A stretch of 64,000 nt of DNA, taken from positions 682,001 through 746,000 of the forward strand of contig JASTWF010000138.1 in NCBI GenBank assembly GCA_030390025.1. The letters are read 5' to 3'. The stretch comes from Squalus acanthias. Taxonomy: Eukaryota. The notes beneath the pieces were generated by a model. The model saw only the letters and a program-made list of their open reading frames with translations, did no database searches and was not told the DNA's origin. Below, one piece after another: positions 26,401 to 37,996 of the stretch. A program made the translations under genes and the position numbers. Position 1 is the stretch's first letter, and the number at the start of each line of letters is the position of its first letter.

Positions 26401-26676
26401 TTTTAGACTTATGATTTAGTATGGCCCTTTGTGTTTCTTGCCTTTGTTTACTCGGCCTTCCCCTATTGTTTCTCACCCTTCTAACATTTGTTTCTGACTG
26501 CATATTACTTCCCCCTGTTTCGCTACATAGGTTCCCATTCCCCTGCCATATTAGTTTAAATCCTCCCGAACTGCTTTAGAAAATATTACCCCGAGGACAT
26601 CGGTTCCAGTCCTGCCCAAGTGCAGACCGTCCCTTTTGTACAGGTCCCACTTCCCCCAGAACTGGTTCCAATGCCT
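23468..26676 (-). mobile_element. CR1 LINE with intact ORF2
   Basis: 978-aa ORF with APE + RT domains; end of ORF1 at 26550-26676; (ATAGAAAC)n tail. Confidence 0.96.
23567..26503 (-). CDS. CR1 ORF2 endonuclease/reverse transcriptase
   Basis: LNARS, ITETW, GDFN, SDH (APE); GVPQGSVLGP, FADD (RT); uninterrupted. Confidence 0.95.
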   Translation of the reverse strand: MQSETNVRRVRNNRGRPSKQRQETQRAILNHKSKRTKDVNKTSLKALCLNARSIRNKVDELTVQIDVNGYDVIGITETWLQNNQGWELNIQGYSTFRKDRIKGKGAGVALLVKEEINAIARKDISLEDVESIWVELQNTKGQKTLVGVVYRPPNSSSEVGEGMKQEIRGACKKGTAVIMGDFNMHIDWATQTGSNTVEEDFLECLRDGFLNQYVEEPTRGEAILDWVLCNEEGLISNLVVRGPLGKSDHSMVEFYIRMEKETVKSETMVQNLNKGNFEGMRRELARLNWQAIFKGLSVEGQWQTFRDRMDELQQLYIPVWRKNKKGKVAQPWLTREIRDSIKTKEVAYKLARSSSKPGDWENFKTQQRMTKGLIRAGKIKYERKLAENIKMDCKSFYKYVKRKRLVKTNVGPLQSETGEVVMGNKEMADQLNKYFGSVFTVEDTHNLPEIKGVRGSGKREELREILISREKVLGKLMGLKAEKSPGPDGLHPRVIKEVALEIVDALTIIFQHSLDSGSVPMEWRVANVTPLFKKGGREKAGNYRPVSLTSVVGKMMEAIIKDVITDHLESGDMIGPSQHGFVKGKSCLTNLLEFFEDVSNRVDRGEPVDVVYLDFQKAFDKVPHKRLVSKVKAHGIGGNVLTWIENWLAHRKQRVGVNGYFSEWQAVTSGVPQGSVLGPQLFTLYINDLDEGIKCNISKFADDTKLGGSVNNEEDARRLQSDLDRLGEWANVWQMKYNVDKCEVIHFGGKNREADYYLNGGRLGKGEVQRDLGVMVHQSLKVGMQVQQAVKKANGMMAFIARGFEYRSREVMLQLYRALVRPHLEYCAQFWSPNLRKDILAIEGVQRRFTRLIPGMAGLTYQERLGQLNLYPLEFRRMRGDLIETFKILTGLDKLDAGRMFPMVGKTRTRGHSLRIKGKPFRTELRRNFFTQRVVNLWNSLPQKVVEASSLNIFKRELDITLTTKGIKGYGEKAGMGY

Positions 26677-27178
26677 CATTCGATTAATGTTTGTTCAGCA
26701 GCTTCTTCTCTTATCCTGAATTTGACCTTCTGGAACCTGCTTTTACTGCAGATTCTTACTTTATATATGGGCAAGTCTCTATAATTTTGATAAAATGTTC
26801 AATAAAGTTATTAGAATTATACGAGTCTTCCCCACCCGACCTAACTCTGTCTACACTGTAGACTGATATTTTAAACCAATCATTATTTGTCCGTTTGCCG
26901 TGAGTTATATCCGAAGCAGCGGTGCACCAGTTCCAGTACCCGCAGGTGTGTTTATTCTCAATGGGACTGGCGCTTCCTAAAGATACAGAAATACACATCA
27001 ACCATTTTTGATCTCATGCAGTTAATACAATAATCAGACGGAATCAGTATGCGATGTGAACGGTTTTATCTGAGTTTTATGCGGATTCTGCTCGGGGTCT
27101 GCGCACGCAGGAATGTAGTCACGTGTCAGTGTCTGACCCGCTGTGACAAACAGCCCACAACGGGCAGCAGCTGTGACA

Positions 27179-30100
27179 CAGAAACATAGAAACATAGAAG
27201 ATAGGAGCAGGAGTAGGCCATTCGGCCCCTCGAGCCTGCTCCGCCATTCGATGAGATCATGGCTGATCATCCAAACTCAGTACCCTGTACCTGCCTTCTC
27301 CCCATGTCCCTTGATACCTTTAGCTTTAAGAAATATATCTAAGTCATTTTTGAATATATTTAATGACTTGGCCTCAACTACCTTCTGTGGTAGAGAATTC
27401 CACAGGTTCACCACTCTCTGGGTGAAGAAATTCCTCCTCATTTCTGTCCTAAATGGCTTACCCCTAATCCTTAGATTATGACCCCTGGTTCTGGACTCTC
27501 CGACCATCGGCAACATTCTTCCTGCATTTAGTTTGTCCAGACCTGTCAGAATTTTATATGTTTCGATGAGATCCCCTCTCATTCTTCTATACTCCAGCGA
27601 GTATAAGTCGAATCGACCCAATCTCTCCTCATATGTCATTCCTGCCATCCCAGGTATCAGCCTCGTGAATCTTCGCCGAACTCCCTCCATGGCAAGAACA
27701 TCCTTCCTCAGATAAGGCGACCAAAACTGCACACAATATTCAAGGTGTGGTCTCACCAAAGCCCTGTACAACTGCAGCAGGACATCCCTGTTCCTATACT
27801 CAAACCCTTTCGCTATGAAGGCCAACATACCATTTGCCTTCTTCACCGCCTGCTGCACCTGCATGCTTACCTTCAGCGACTGGTGCACAAGGACACCCAG
27901 GTCTCGTTGCACTTCCCCTTCTCCCAATCTATTGCCTTTCAGATAATAGTCTGCCTTTCTGTTTTTGACACTAAAGTGGATAACCTCGCATTTATCCACG
28001 TTATATTGCATCTGCCACGCTTCTGCCCACTCACCCAACCTGTCCAAATCATCCTGGAGTTTCTCGGTATCCTCCTCGAAGCACACACTCCCACACAGCT
28101 TTGTGTAATCTGCAAATTTGGAGATATTACATTTACTTCCCTTATCTAGATCATTAATGTATATTGTGAATAGCTGGGGTCCAAGGACCGATCCCTGCGG
28201 TACCCCACAAGTCACTGCTTGCCACTCGGAAAAAGACCCATTAATTCCTACTCTTTGCTTTCTGTCTGCCAACCAGTTCTCTATCCAAGTCAATACCTTG
28301 CCCCCAATCCCATGTGCCTTAACTTTACACGCTAGTCTCTTATGCGGGACCTTATCGAAAGCCTTTTGAAAGTCCAAATACACCACATCTACTAGTTCTC
28401 CCTTATCTATTTTCCCAGTTACAGCCTCAAAAAATTCCAGTAGATTAGTCAAGCACGATTTACCTTTTGCAAATCCATGTTGACGTTTTCCGATCCTGCC
28501 ACTGTTTTTCAAGTGCTCAGCTATTACATCCTTTATAATGGACTCTGGCATTTTCCCCACTACCGATGACAGGCTTACTGGTCTGTAATTCCCCGCTTTC
28601 TCTCTACCACCCGTTTTGAATAGTGGGGTAACATTAGCTACCCTCCAATCCATGGGTACAGTTCCAGATTCCATCGAATGTTGGAAGATGATCAGCAATG
28701 CATCTACTATTTCTAGGGCCACTTCCTTAAGTACCCTAGGATGTAGAATATCAGGCCCTGGGGATTTATCGGCCTTCAATCCCGTCAATTTCCCTAACAC
28801 CATTTCCCTGCAAATACTGATTTCTTTCAGTTCCTCCCTTTCATCAGACCGTATGTTCTCCAACATTTCTAGGAGGTTATTTGTGTCCTCCTTTGTGAAG
28901 ACAGAACCAAAATATGCATTTAATTGGGCTGCCATTTCTTTGTTCCCCATTATAACTTCCCCCGCTTCTGACTGCAAGGGACCTACACTTGATTTCACTA
29001 ATCTTTTTCGCTTCACATATCTATAAAAACTCTTACAGTCTGTTTTTATGTTCCCTGAAAGCTTACTTTCATATTCTATTTTCCCCTTCTTAATTAATCC
29101 CTTTGTCCTCCTTTGTTGAATCCTAAACTACTCCCAATCCTCAGGGTTACTGCTTTTTCTGGCCAATTTATATGCCCTCTCCTTGGATCTTATGCTATCC
29201 CTAATTTCCCTTGTTAGCCACGGTTGAGTCACCCTTTTTGTTTTATTCTTATGCCACACTGGGATGAACAAATTCTGTAGTTCATCCATGCAGTCTTTGA
29301 ATGTTTGCCATTGCCTTTCCACCGTCAACCCTTTGAGTGACATTCCCCAATCAATCCTACCCAATTCGCGCCTCATACCATCATAGTTTCCTTTATTTAA
29401 ATTCAGGACTCTATTCTCTGATTCAACTACTTCACTCTCCATCCTAATGAAGAATTCTATCATATTATGATCACTCTGACCCAAGGGGCCTCGTACAACA
29501 AGATTGCTAATTAATCCTTTCTCGTTACATAATACCCAGTCTAAGATGGCCTGATCTCTGGTTGGTTCCTCGACATATTGTTCCAAAAATTCATCCCGTA
29601 AACATTCTAGGAATTCCTCCTCCACAGTATTTTTACTAATTTGGTTAGCCCAATTTATATGTAAATTAAAGTCACCCATGATGACTGCTGTGCCCTTACT
29701 GCATGCTTCTCTAATTTCCCTTTTAATGCCATCCCCAACCTCCGTATTACTGTTTGGAGGTCTATATACCACTCCCACTAACGTTTTCTGCCCCTTGTTA
29801 TTTCTCAGTTCTACCCATACCGATTCCGCATCATCAGATCTAATATCCTTCCTTTCAATTGTGTTACTCCCCTCTTTAACCAGCAATGCTACCCCACCTC
29901 CCTTTCTTTTTTGCCTATCTTTCCTAAATATTGAATACCCCTGGATGTTGAGTTCCCAGCCTTGGCCACCCTGGAGCCATGTTTCTGTAATCCCAATCAA
30001 ATCGTATTCATTTACCTCTATTTGCGCAGCTAATTCATCCACTTTGTTCCGAATGCTCCTTGCATTAAGACACAAAGCCTTCAGGCTTGTTTTTTTAGCG

Positions 30101-31530
30101 CTCTCAGACCTGTATGAATTATTATTTACTGTGACCATGTTTGATTTAAACCGTTGAGTTCTTTGCCTTCTACTTTTGTTTTTCTCCTTCCTGTCTTTTG
30201 CTTTTATCCTTGTTTCCCTTTCCTCTGTCTCCCTGCTCAGGTTCCCAACCCCCTGCCACTTTAGTTTAAACCCTCCCCAACAGCACTAGCAAACACTCCC
30301 CCTAGGACATCGGTCCCGGCCCTTCCCAGGTGCAGACCGTCCCGTTTGTACTGGCCCCACCTCCCCCAGAACCGGTTCCAATGTCCAAGGAATTTGAATC
30401 CCTCCCCCTTGTACCATTCCTCTAGCCACGTATTCATTTGAAATATCCTCCTATTTCTACTCTGACTAGCACGTGGCACTGGTAACAATCCTGAGATTAC
30501 TACCTTTCAGGTCCTATTTTTTAATTTACCTCCTAACTCCCTATATTCTGCTTTTAGGACCTCATCCCCTTTTTTACCTATATCGTTGATGCCTATGTGC
30601 ACCACGACAACTGGCTGTTCGCCCTCCCCCTCCAGAATGTTCTGTAGCTGCTCCGAGACGTCCTTGACCCTTGCACCAGGGAGGCAACACACCATCCTGG
30701 AGTCTCGTTTACGGCCGCAGAAACGCCTATCTATTCCCCTTACAATTGAATCCCCTATCACTATAGCTCTTCCACACTTTTTCCTCCCAGCCTGTGCAGC
30801 AGAGCCACACATGGTGCCAGGAAGTTGGCTGCTGCTGCCTTCCCCTGATAAGTCATCCCCCCCAACAGCATCCAAAGTGGTATATCTGTTTGAGAGGGGG
30901 ATGGCCACAGGGGACCCCTGCACTACCTGCCTGCACCTCTTACTCTGCCTGGTGGTCACCCATTCACTTCCTGCCTGTACACCCTTTACCTGCGGTGTGA
31001 CCAACTCTCTAAACGTGCTATCCACGACGTCCTCAGCGTCGCGAATGCTCCAATATGCATCCATCCGCAGCTCCAGCGCCGCAATGCGTTCCATCAGTAG
31101 CTGCAGATGGATACACTTCCCACACACATGGTCGTCAGGGACACAGGAAGCGTCCCTGATTTCCCACATATAGCAGGAGGAGCATATCACAGGGCGGAGC
31201 TCTCCTGCCATGACTTACCCTTTAATTAATTAATTAAAATTAAATTAAATGAATCCCACCAATTTCACTTCAATTAAATGGTATACTCAAGGGCCCTTGT
31301 TTAACAGCAGTCCCCGCTGCACCACAGAGACTCTAGAAACTATAAACCACAGAATTTAAGTATGGAAAAAGAAGAGAGAAATACTCACCAAGCAATCACT
31401 TACCTGCTTTCTGATGACGTCACACTTCGATTACTTTTTACTTCTGTCTCCCGCTCTGAGATTGGTAAACCTACCTGCTCCCAGGGCTCGCTTTTATCCT
31501 CTGCCGCCGCCGCTCCTCCTAGGTCCGCAC
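27179..31530 (-). mobile_element. Full-length CR1 LINE (5' UTR, ORF1 Zn-finger/SGNH esterase, ORF2), disabled
   Basis: ORF1 30261-31211 (CxxC...CxxC, GDSIVR, frameshift); ORF2 27277-30138 with a stop. Confidence 0.95.
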
Positions 31531-31581
31531 CGCCGCTGCGGCAGTTATTGGACGAGGCTTTAGCTCGTTTCCATCACTGTG

Positions 31582-31885
31582 AGCCTCAGTGCACAGTAAT
31601 ACACCGCGGTGTCAGTCAGCCGCAGCCCCGAGATGGTCAATCGGTACAACTTCTCTGACTGCTGGACTGTATCAGAAAACCGGCCTTGAGCGGAATCCGC
31701 CTGATATTCAGAACCGCCGCTCGTGTGCCTCTGGACAGCAAACTCGGGCTGTCTGCCTGGGTATTGGCGGTACCAGAACAAGTAATAACCATCGCCGGAA
31801 TAGGTGCAGGTTAATGTGGCCTCTTCTCCCTCTGTCTGTGTGAGCGAGGACTCCCGCTGAGTAACAGAATCTGCATCGCTCAGAT
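31582..31885 (-). CDS. TCR V exon, open reading frame, no intact leader recognised
   Basis: ttccag|...ADSVTQRESSLTQTEGEEATLTCTY...LFWYRQ...DTAVYYCALR; RSS CACAGTG-23-CCAATAACT at 31543-31581; a CR1 fragment lies about 90 bp upstream. Confidence 0.85.
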
Positions 31886-32969
31886 CTGGAACACACGGTT
31901 AAAGAAAGCGGAAATCATCGGTTAAAGGTTCAAACTGAACCAACTGACGGTGAAAATGCGCAGTGATTTTCACATAAAATTAAATGGAATTTACTGCACA
32001 GAAAAAGGTCATTCGTCCCAACCAGTCTATGCCGTGTTTATGCTCCACACAAGCCTCCACCCAGCCTTCTTCATCTCTCCCTATCAACATATCCTTCTAT
32101 TCCTTTCTCCCTCGTGTACTTATCTAACTTCCCCTTCAATGAATCTATGCTGTTCGCCTCAACTATTGCTTGTGGCAGCGGATTCTACATTCTAACCTTG
32201 GTAAAGACGTTTCTCCAGAATTCACAATTGGATCTTTTGTGATTATGTAGATGAAGATGTTCAGCGTGTTTCTCTCACTGTCAGTAATCAGGCTGAGGTT
32301 GTTGACGGGGCTCGGGTTTGATTAACCTTCTGCTGGGGACAAACAAGGGGAAGATTTCCTCTGGTCTCCCAAACACAGCGGGAAATCCCGTCCGATCGCT
32401 AGTTTAGTAGAATCGTCATTCATTATTTTAGAACGCGTTCACTATGTCACTAGAAGTGGCGACCAGAGGAAATCTCCCGCACAGAGCGGACACCTCGGTG
32501 TAGACACGAATATCACAGGAGAATGAGATTATTGCTCTCGGTGAGCCGTCACACACCGTCAGAAATTAAACCAACACGCAGAAAAGGGAAGGTTTAGAGC
32601 CCTTTGAATATAATCCCAAATCTAAGCAAAGCTGCACACTTCTGTGCTAGTGTAAGGGGTGTGGAAATGAAATAAACACAGCGGCAGTGAGGAGGGAAAC
32701 TTGAAATTGAACAGACATTACACGGTACATTGGGCTATTAAACCTGCGCGTGTTTTCTCCTGTTCATCCCTCATTATAGAGTGAATGAAATCTAAAATCA
32801 TACTCCTCTATTCAGAGCTGTTGGGAGCTGCCCTGTCGGAATATTCTGTCCTGACAGTAACTGTCCTAATCAGGTCATCACAGGCGGGTATTCCGGCCAC
32901 ACACTGTTCATTTTAAACACGGTGTGCTGCAGTTTTTGTACAGGGCGAGCACAGAGCTGTGCAGCTGTG

Positions 32970-33411
32970 GGTCTCAGAGCGCAGTAATACACGGCGCCGT
33001 CTGACAGCTCCAACCCAGAAACTGTCAGCCGAACCGCGCTCTCCTCTGCGCTCAGCTCTGCTGTGAAACGGTCCTTGGCGAAGTCGGCTGGGAAGGTGCC
33101 GTATATGGTGATAAGCAACACGTTCACCGGAGGCCGACCGGGAAGCTGCCGGTACCAGAAAAGTCGAGGGTTTGTATCTGTTGTTGTAAAACTACAATTC
33201 AACGTCACCGTTTCTCCTTCCCGCACCGTCCTGGTCGAATAGTCTTGGTGCACGGAATCACCGCCAACGCTATTGGCTGGAAGAGAAATTGAACATTTAC
33301 AAATATCTGCCCCACTAACCGGACCTATTGGTGTCTTTCCTGCTCGGATTCCACATGTACTTACACAGCACAGAGAGCGCCAACACCACACTGAAATAAA
33401 CGGAAACACAT
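32970..33411 (-). CDS. TCR V segment, open V exon, leader apparently out of phase
   Basis: Exon 32970-33276: GDSVHQDY...TLNCSF...LFWYRQ...DGAVYYCALRP. Leader-like exon 33365-33411 is 47 nt (phase 2). RSS CACAGCT-23-ACAAAAACT at 32931-32969. Confidence 0.85.
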
Positions 33412-34564
33412 CGCTATCCGGGGGCCACAATATGAGCATCGCCCCTTTCTCTGCTGCAGCAAAAACTGCCACCAGTACTGGACCAGGCTGAGCTATTTAA
33501 ACCTGTGACAAGCATAGAAAGGGAAGTGACCCTGCAACTATGTCACATCCGTTTGGGATAATTTCACACCATCAGGGAGTGGGGAGAATTGCTCTGGTCA
33601 CTGTGGGTGCAGCAACATCCGAAATGTTTCAATGGAGATTCCTCTGGTCGGCATTTCTAGGGAAATCTTAAACGATTCCTTTTTTAACTACTTAATTGCA
33701 AAAAGAACGTATTTAAGATTAATTTAGAGAGAGACTAGAGGAGATCTTCGTGGAACGATTTAAGATTCGCTGCACTCAGTGAACAGAGACCCTTCCTTAG
33801 TTCATTGCATGTAGCAGTGGCACTTTTCATAGACAGTGTTGAGCTGCCCTTAGCGTTACCCGGGGAAAATAAATGATGTTTTGATATAGCAAATAAAGAC
33901 CGAGAGACGATGGAAATTCGCTCCAAGGCGCCACCAATTGGACGGAGCCAGAAACTACATGCTGACTGCTCTCCTTGGTCACTGTGACCGCCCAGTGTGT
34001 CTTTAACTCTCCTTCTGAGCTCATTTAATAGAAACACGGAAGGTGACCTTTGCCCCAACGTGTCTGTGCTGTTAGTACCACTGCCCTGCTCTTTCCCCAT
34101 AGCCCTGAAAATGTTTCCTTTTCAAGTATATATCAAATTCCCTTTTGCAAATTTCTTTTTATAAGGAAGGCAGCATCCTACACAAGAGTTGCACCAATAT
34201 ATAGAGAGATAATGTAGACCTTTGGTCCTCGGAAATTGCTCGGAGCGCCTCTGTGTGGGTGTGTCTCCCCCAATCTCTATGTAAAGATGAGAGATAATTA
34301 TATAGAAAAATAAATAAAAGGAAGACAGAAGGAGAATGTAAAGTTTGGTTTGTAATATTGGAAAATAATGACCGGTTCAAACTGTTCCTGGTAACCTCGC
34401 CACAAGCAGGCTGTTTAAAATCGATTCAATATACCCATGTGAGTTTGTTGTAAAGTGTTTGTGCAACAGAGCAGCAGCAGGTTATTCGGAAAGAGACGGA
34501 CAGAAGTTCCTCGCAGGTCTCTGTCTCTCTCTCACTGTGAAGTCTGAATTATCGCTTCTGTGAG

Positions 34565-34579
34565 AGCGCCCTCTGGTGA
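34565..34579 (-). promoter_or_regulatory. CTCF-binding motif
   Basis: TCACCAGAGGGCGCT about 25 bp downstream of the family A RSS. Confidence 0.72.
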
Positions 34580-34644
34580 GCACTAACTGGAACTCTCAGT
34601 GTGGAGTTTTTGTACGGGATCCGCTATATCTCTGCAGCAGTGTG

Positions 34645-35144
34645 GGTCTCATGGCACAGAAATACACGGCGCTGTCGGAGATCAGGGCGTTGCTGATCGT
34701 TAGCTCGGTAATCGTGGTAGTTTTATTAAATGTAGAAGAGAATCTGTCTATGTCAGTGAAGTCGCGGTTCCTGTTTACTATCCCTGCAATAATATAAACC
34801 ACGTACTGTGGAGGCTGCCCGGGGTGTTGACTGTACCAGAACACTGTAGGGGTAGTAGTGCTTGTTTTCACGGTGCCGGTTAGAGTGACATTACTTTCCT
34901 CTTCAACTGTCATTTCAGGAACCGGCTGTTCCACTGTGTCTTGGCGGCTCCATTCTAAAATAACATAATAGTAATATTCACCATCATCATCACCTCAATT
35001 AACATAACCATCATCATCACCATCATTTCACCAATACTAACACCTGGGTTACAGCAGTCGGGGGAAGAATGCATTTTTACTGGGAAGGAAATACTTACTG
35101 ACAAGTGATATAATGATGAGGAGCGGTGCGAGACGGTTCCGCAT
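34645..35144 (-). pseudogene. TCR V segment (family A copy 2), ORF open but Cys23->Gly
   Basis: Leader MRNRLAPLLIIISLV (35099-35144); exon from 34954: VTLTGTV...FWYSQ...DSAVYFCAMRP; RSS CACACTG-24-ACAAAAACT at 34605-34644. Confidence 0.85.
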
Positions 35145-35995
35145 GACACTCCCTGGGTCTATAACTCTGCTGTCCGGGAAATTCTCTGTCGGAGCAGAAA
35201 TAAAGACCACCGCGCCACTGCACTGCTGAAACAACCAATGCCAAACAGGAAAACAGCGGCAGCAATCTCTCCAATAACACAGGGCAGGCAAGGCGGGTCA
35301 GAGCGAGAGCAGCAAACGAAAGCTGTGGGCGGGGCTGCCGCGGGCAGTGTCACCGCAAGATTTGTCTCTATAATTTCCAGTTGATAACGGCAACAAACAT
35401 GTGACCACGGCGCCCTCTGCCGGTGACTCTGAGAATTTCACACTGTCAGGATAATGGACAGAATAAAGTGTGAGTTTATCGATGGGGCAGTTTCCAGAGG
35501 CCTGTTATTGGGAGACAATGTGTATTGTTTCAGACAATTCAGCTTTGTAAATAGGGCGAAGGGAAATGTGAATTAATTTAAAGGAAAGGACATTTTACTT
35601 TATTTCTGAATCTCTTTCTTTATGGCTTTCTCTCATGTTTTAGCTTTGTGTTTCTCACTCGTTATTTCTCACTTTCTTTCATTTCTCTTTCCCTCTTTTC
35701 CTAATGTGCTGTCAGCTACACTCTCATTATTTCACCGCTTTTTCTCTTTCTCTCTCTCATTCTCTCTTTGGTGTTTTCTCTTTCTTTTCCTCTCTCTATG
35801 TTTCCACCTCTCTTCATTTCTCACTTTCTTTAAATCTCTCTCTTCAATATATTATCATTGTTCTGTGCTCAGTCCCTCTGCCCTCCGATTATCATAACCG
35901 GGCCCTCCCAATACCGTTACTCCAAACACAGCAGAGCGGCGCTCCCCCTCGGGGCAGGTTTCTGTGCGGACTCTCCGCCTGTTTGTTACACTGTG

Positions 35996-36327
35996 GGCTC
36001 ACGGCGCAGCGATAGGTGGCGCTGTCTGTCACTCGCGCGGCTCTCACAGTCAGGGCACTGAGTTTATTGCCTCCCCCGATTGAAGCAGTGATCCTCCCGT
36101 GTTGATCGGTCCCGCTTGTGGCCATCACCAGGTGCTGGAGGGTCTGATTCGGGTTCTGTCTGTACCAGCTGGACGGTAAACTCAGCGGTAGCAGAGCAGT
36201 TGATCGACACGATTCCATCTTCAGGAACAACCACCCGCCGAGGGAGCTGCTTCACCTCATCTTCACCGCTCACATCCGTGCAGATCAGAGTGTAAATCAG
36301 CAGGGAAATTCTGTAAATCCGGAGCAT
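35996..36327 (-). pseudogene. Single-exon (leader fused to V) TCR V segment with a frameshift
   Basis: MLRIYRISLLIYTLICT-DVSG-EDEVKQ...SINCS, frameshift near 36175, then SWYRQ...DSATYRCAVS; RSS CACAGTG-23-ACAGAAACC at 35957-35995. Confidence 0.85.
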
Positions 36328-36507
36328 TGTCGGATCAGCTGAAAAGGAGGCTGAAATAATTGTACAGAGTGGTCGGGTTTGAACCAGGACACAGATATTA
36401 TATTCAGGATAATTAACAAGGAGACATATACCCGCTTCATGTGCAACTCAGAAGGTTTATTGCTTTCGAACTAACGAAACATACTGTTTCCCGGAGTTTA
36501 CCCATCC

Positions 36508-36830
36508 CGGGCCGCCCTCACTCAGTGTTTCTGAGTGACACCAGCTCACACTGTCTCTGAGCTCACACCGGGTCGCTCACACTCAGTGTCTCACTGACAC
36601 CAGCTCACACTGACTCTGAGCTCACACCGGGCCGCCCACACTCAGTGTTTCTCATTGACATCAGCTCACACTGTCTCTGAGCTCACACCGGGCCGCTCAC
36701 GCTCAGTGTTTCTCACTGACACCAGCTCACACTGTCTCTGAGCTCATACCGGGCCGCCCACACTCAGTGTTTCTCACTGACACCAGCTCACACTGTCTCT
36801 GAGCTCACACCGGGCCGCCCACACTCAGTA
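36508..36830. repeat. Minisatellite, unit about 60 bp, about 5 copies
   Basis: GGGCCGCCCACACTCAGTGTTTCTCACTGACACCAGCTCACACTGTCTCTGAGCTCACACC repeated in tandem. Confidence 0.92.
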
Positions 36831-36854
36831 TATCTCACAAAGCTACTGCTTCCC

Positions 36855-37460
36855 TATGTTGGTGTCTCCTTGCTTCACTCTTCTAAGTCACACCTTTATC
36901 GATCACCCTCTGTTGTTGTCTCTCTGCATCACTAACTGTACTCAGTCTCACCTTTATCTACCTCCTTTTCTTATCACTCACTGTATTCAGTCACACCTTT
37001 ATCTATCTCCCTCTCTTATCACTAACTGTACTCAGTCTCAATTTATCTATCTCCCTCTCTTATCACTCAATGTACTCAGTTATACCTTTGTTTATCTCCC
37101 TCTTATATCACTCACTGTACGCAGTCACACCCTTATCTATCTCTCCCTGTCGGTGTCTCTCTGTATCACTGTACTCAATCACACCTTTATCAATCTCCCT
37201 CTGTTGGTGTCTCTCTGCATCACAATACCCGGTTACACCTTTATTTAACTTTTTTGTTGGTGTCTCTCTGTATCACTCACTGTACTCCGTCACGCCTTTA
37301 TCAATCTCCTTCTGATGGGGTCTCTCTGTATAACTGTGCTCAGTCAAACATTTATCCAGCTCCCACTATTGGTGTCTCTGTATCACTAAATTCTGTCACA
37401 CATTTATCTATCTCCCTCTGCTGGTGTCTCCCTGTATTACTGTATTCAGTACTAAAATCC
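36855..37460. repeat. Diverged minisatellite, unit about 43-55 bp
   Basis: Recurrent TCACTCACTGTACTCAGTCACACCTTTATCTATCTCCCTCT. Confidence 0.8.
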
Positions 37461-37996
37461 CTCCCCTGAGAACGCAGGTTCCTTTTTTAACCCAGAGGAT
37501 TGTTGGGACATGAAATTCCCAACCAAAAGCAGCGAGGAAGCCGAAACCATAATAACACTTCAAATGTAAATAGGTTAATATTTGAAAAAGAAACTTACGT
37601 GTATATTGAAACAGGAGAATAATTGGACTAAATGAACAGTTTGCTCAGAGAACTGTCACAGGTTCAATGTGATTCTTCTGATTACACGAGCCAGCTGGGC
37701 AAAGTAATCGATATATTGATGACCGATTGAGTTTCCCCTGAAGCAGAAGATGTGAGACTGTCACTAACATTAACTCTAGACGATCTCGTATGATTGACAG
37801 CGAAACTGACGTGACAAAGCGTGGTCTTCTATCGCGATATCTCCTGTTTCCTGTACTATTGAAGGGGTCGCTATGAAGTTATACAGAAGCAGAGAGCGCG
37901 GTCTCATGGAGTCTGGGCAAGTTGCAGCCTCCAATAATCACCGCCAGCTTCAATACAGAGTGAGACGGAGCTTTGAGTAAAGAGTATAAATCAGCC

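Noticed and set aside
36005-36025. CTCF-like GATAGGTGGCGCTG
   Set aside because: Lies inside V coding sequence (DSATY) with a poor 5' match.
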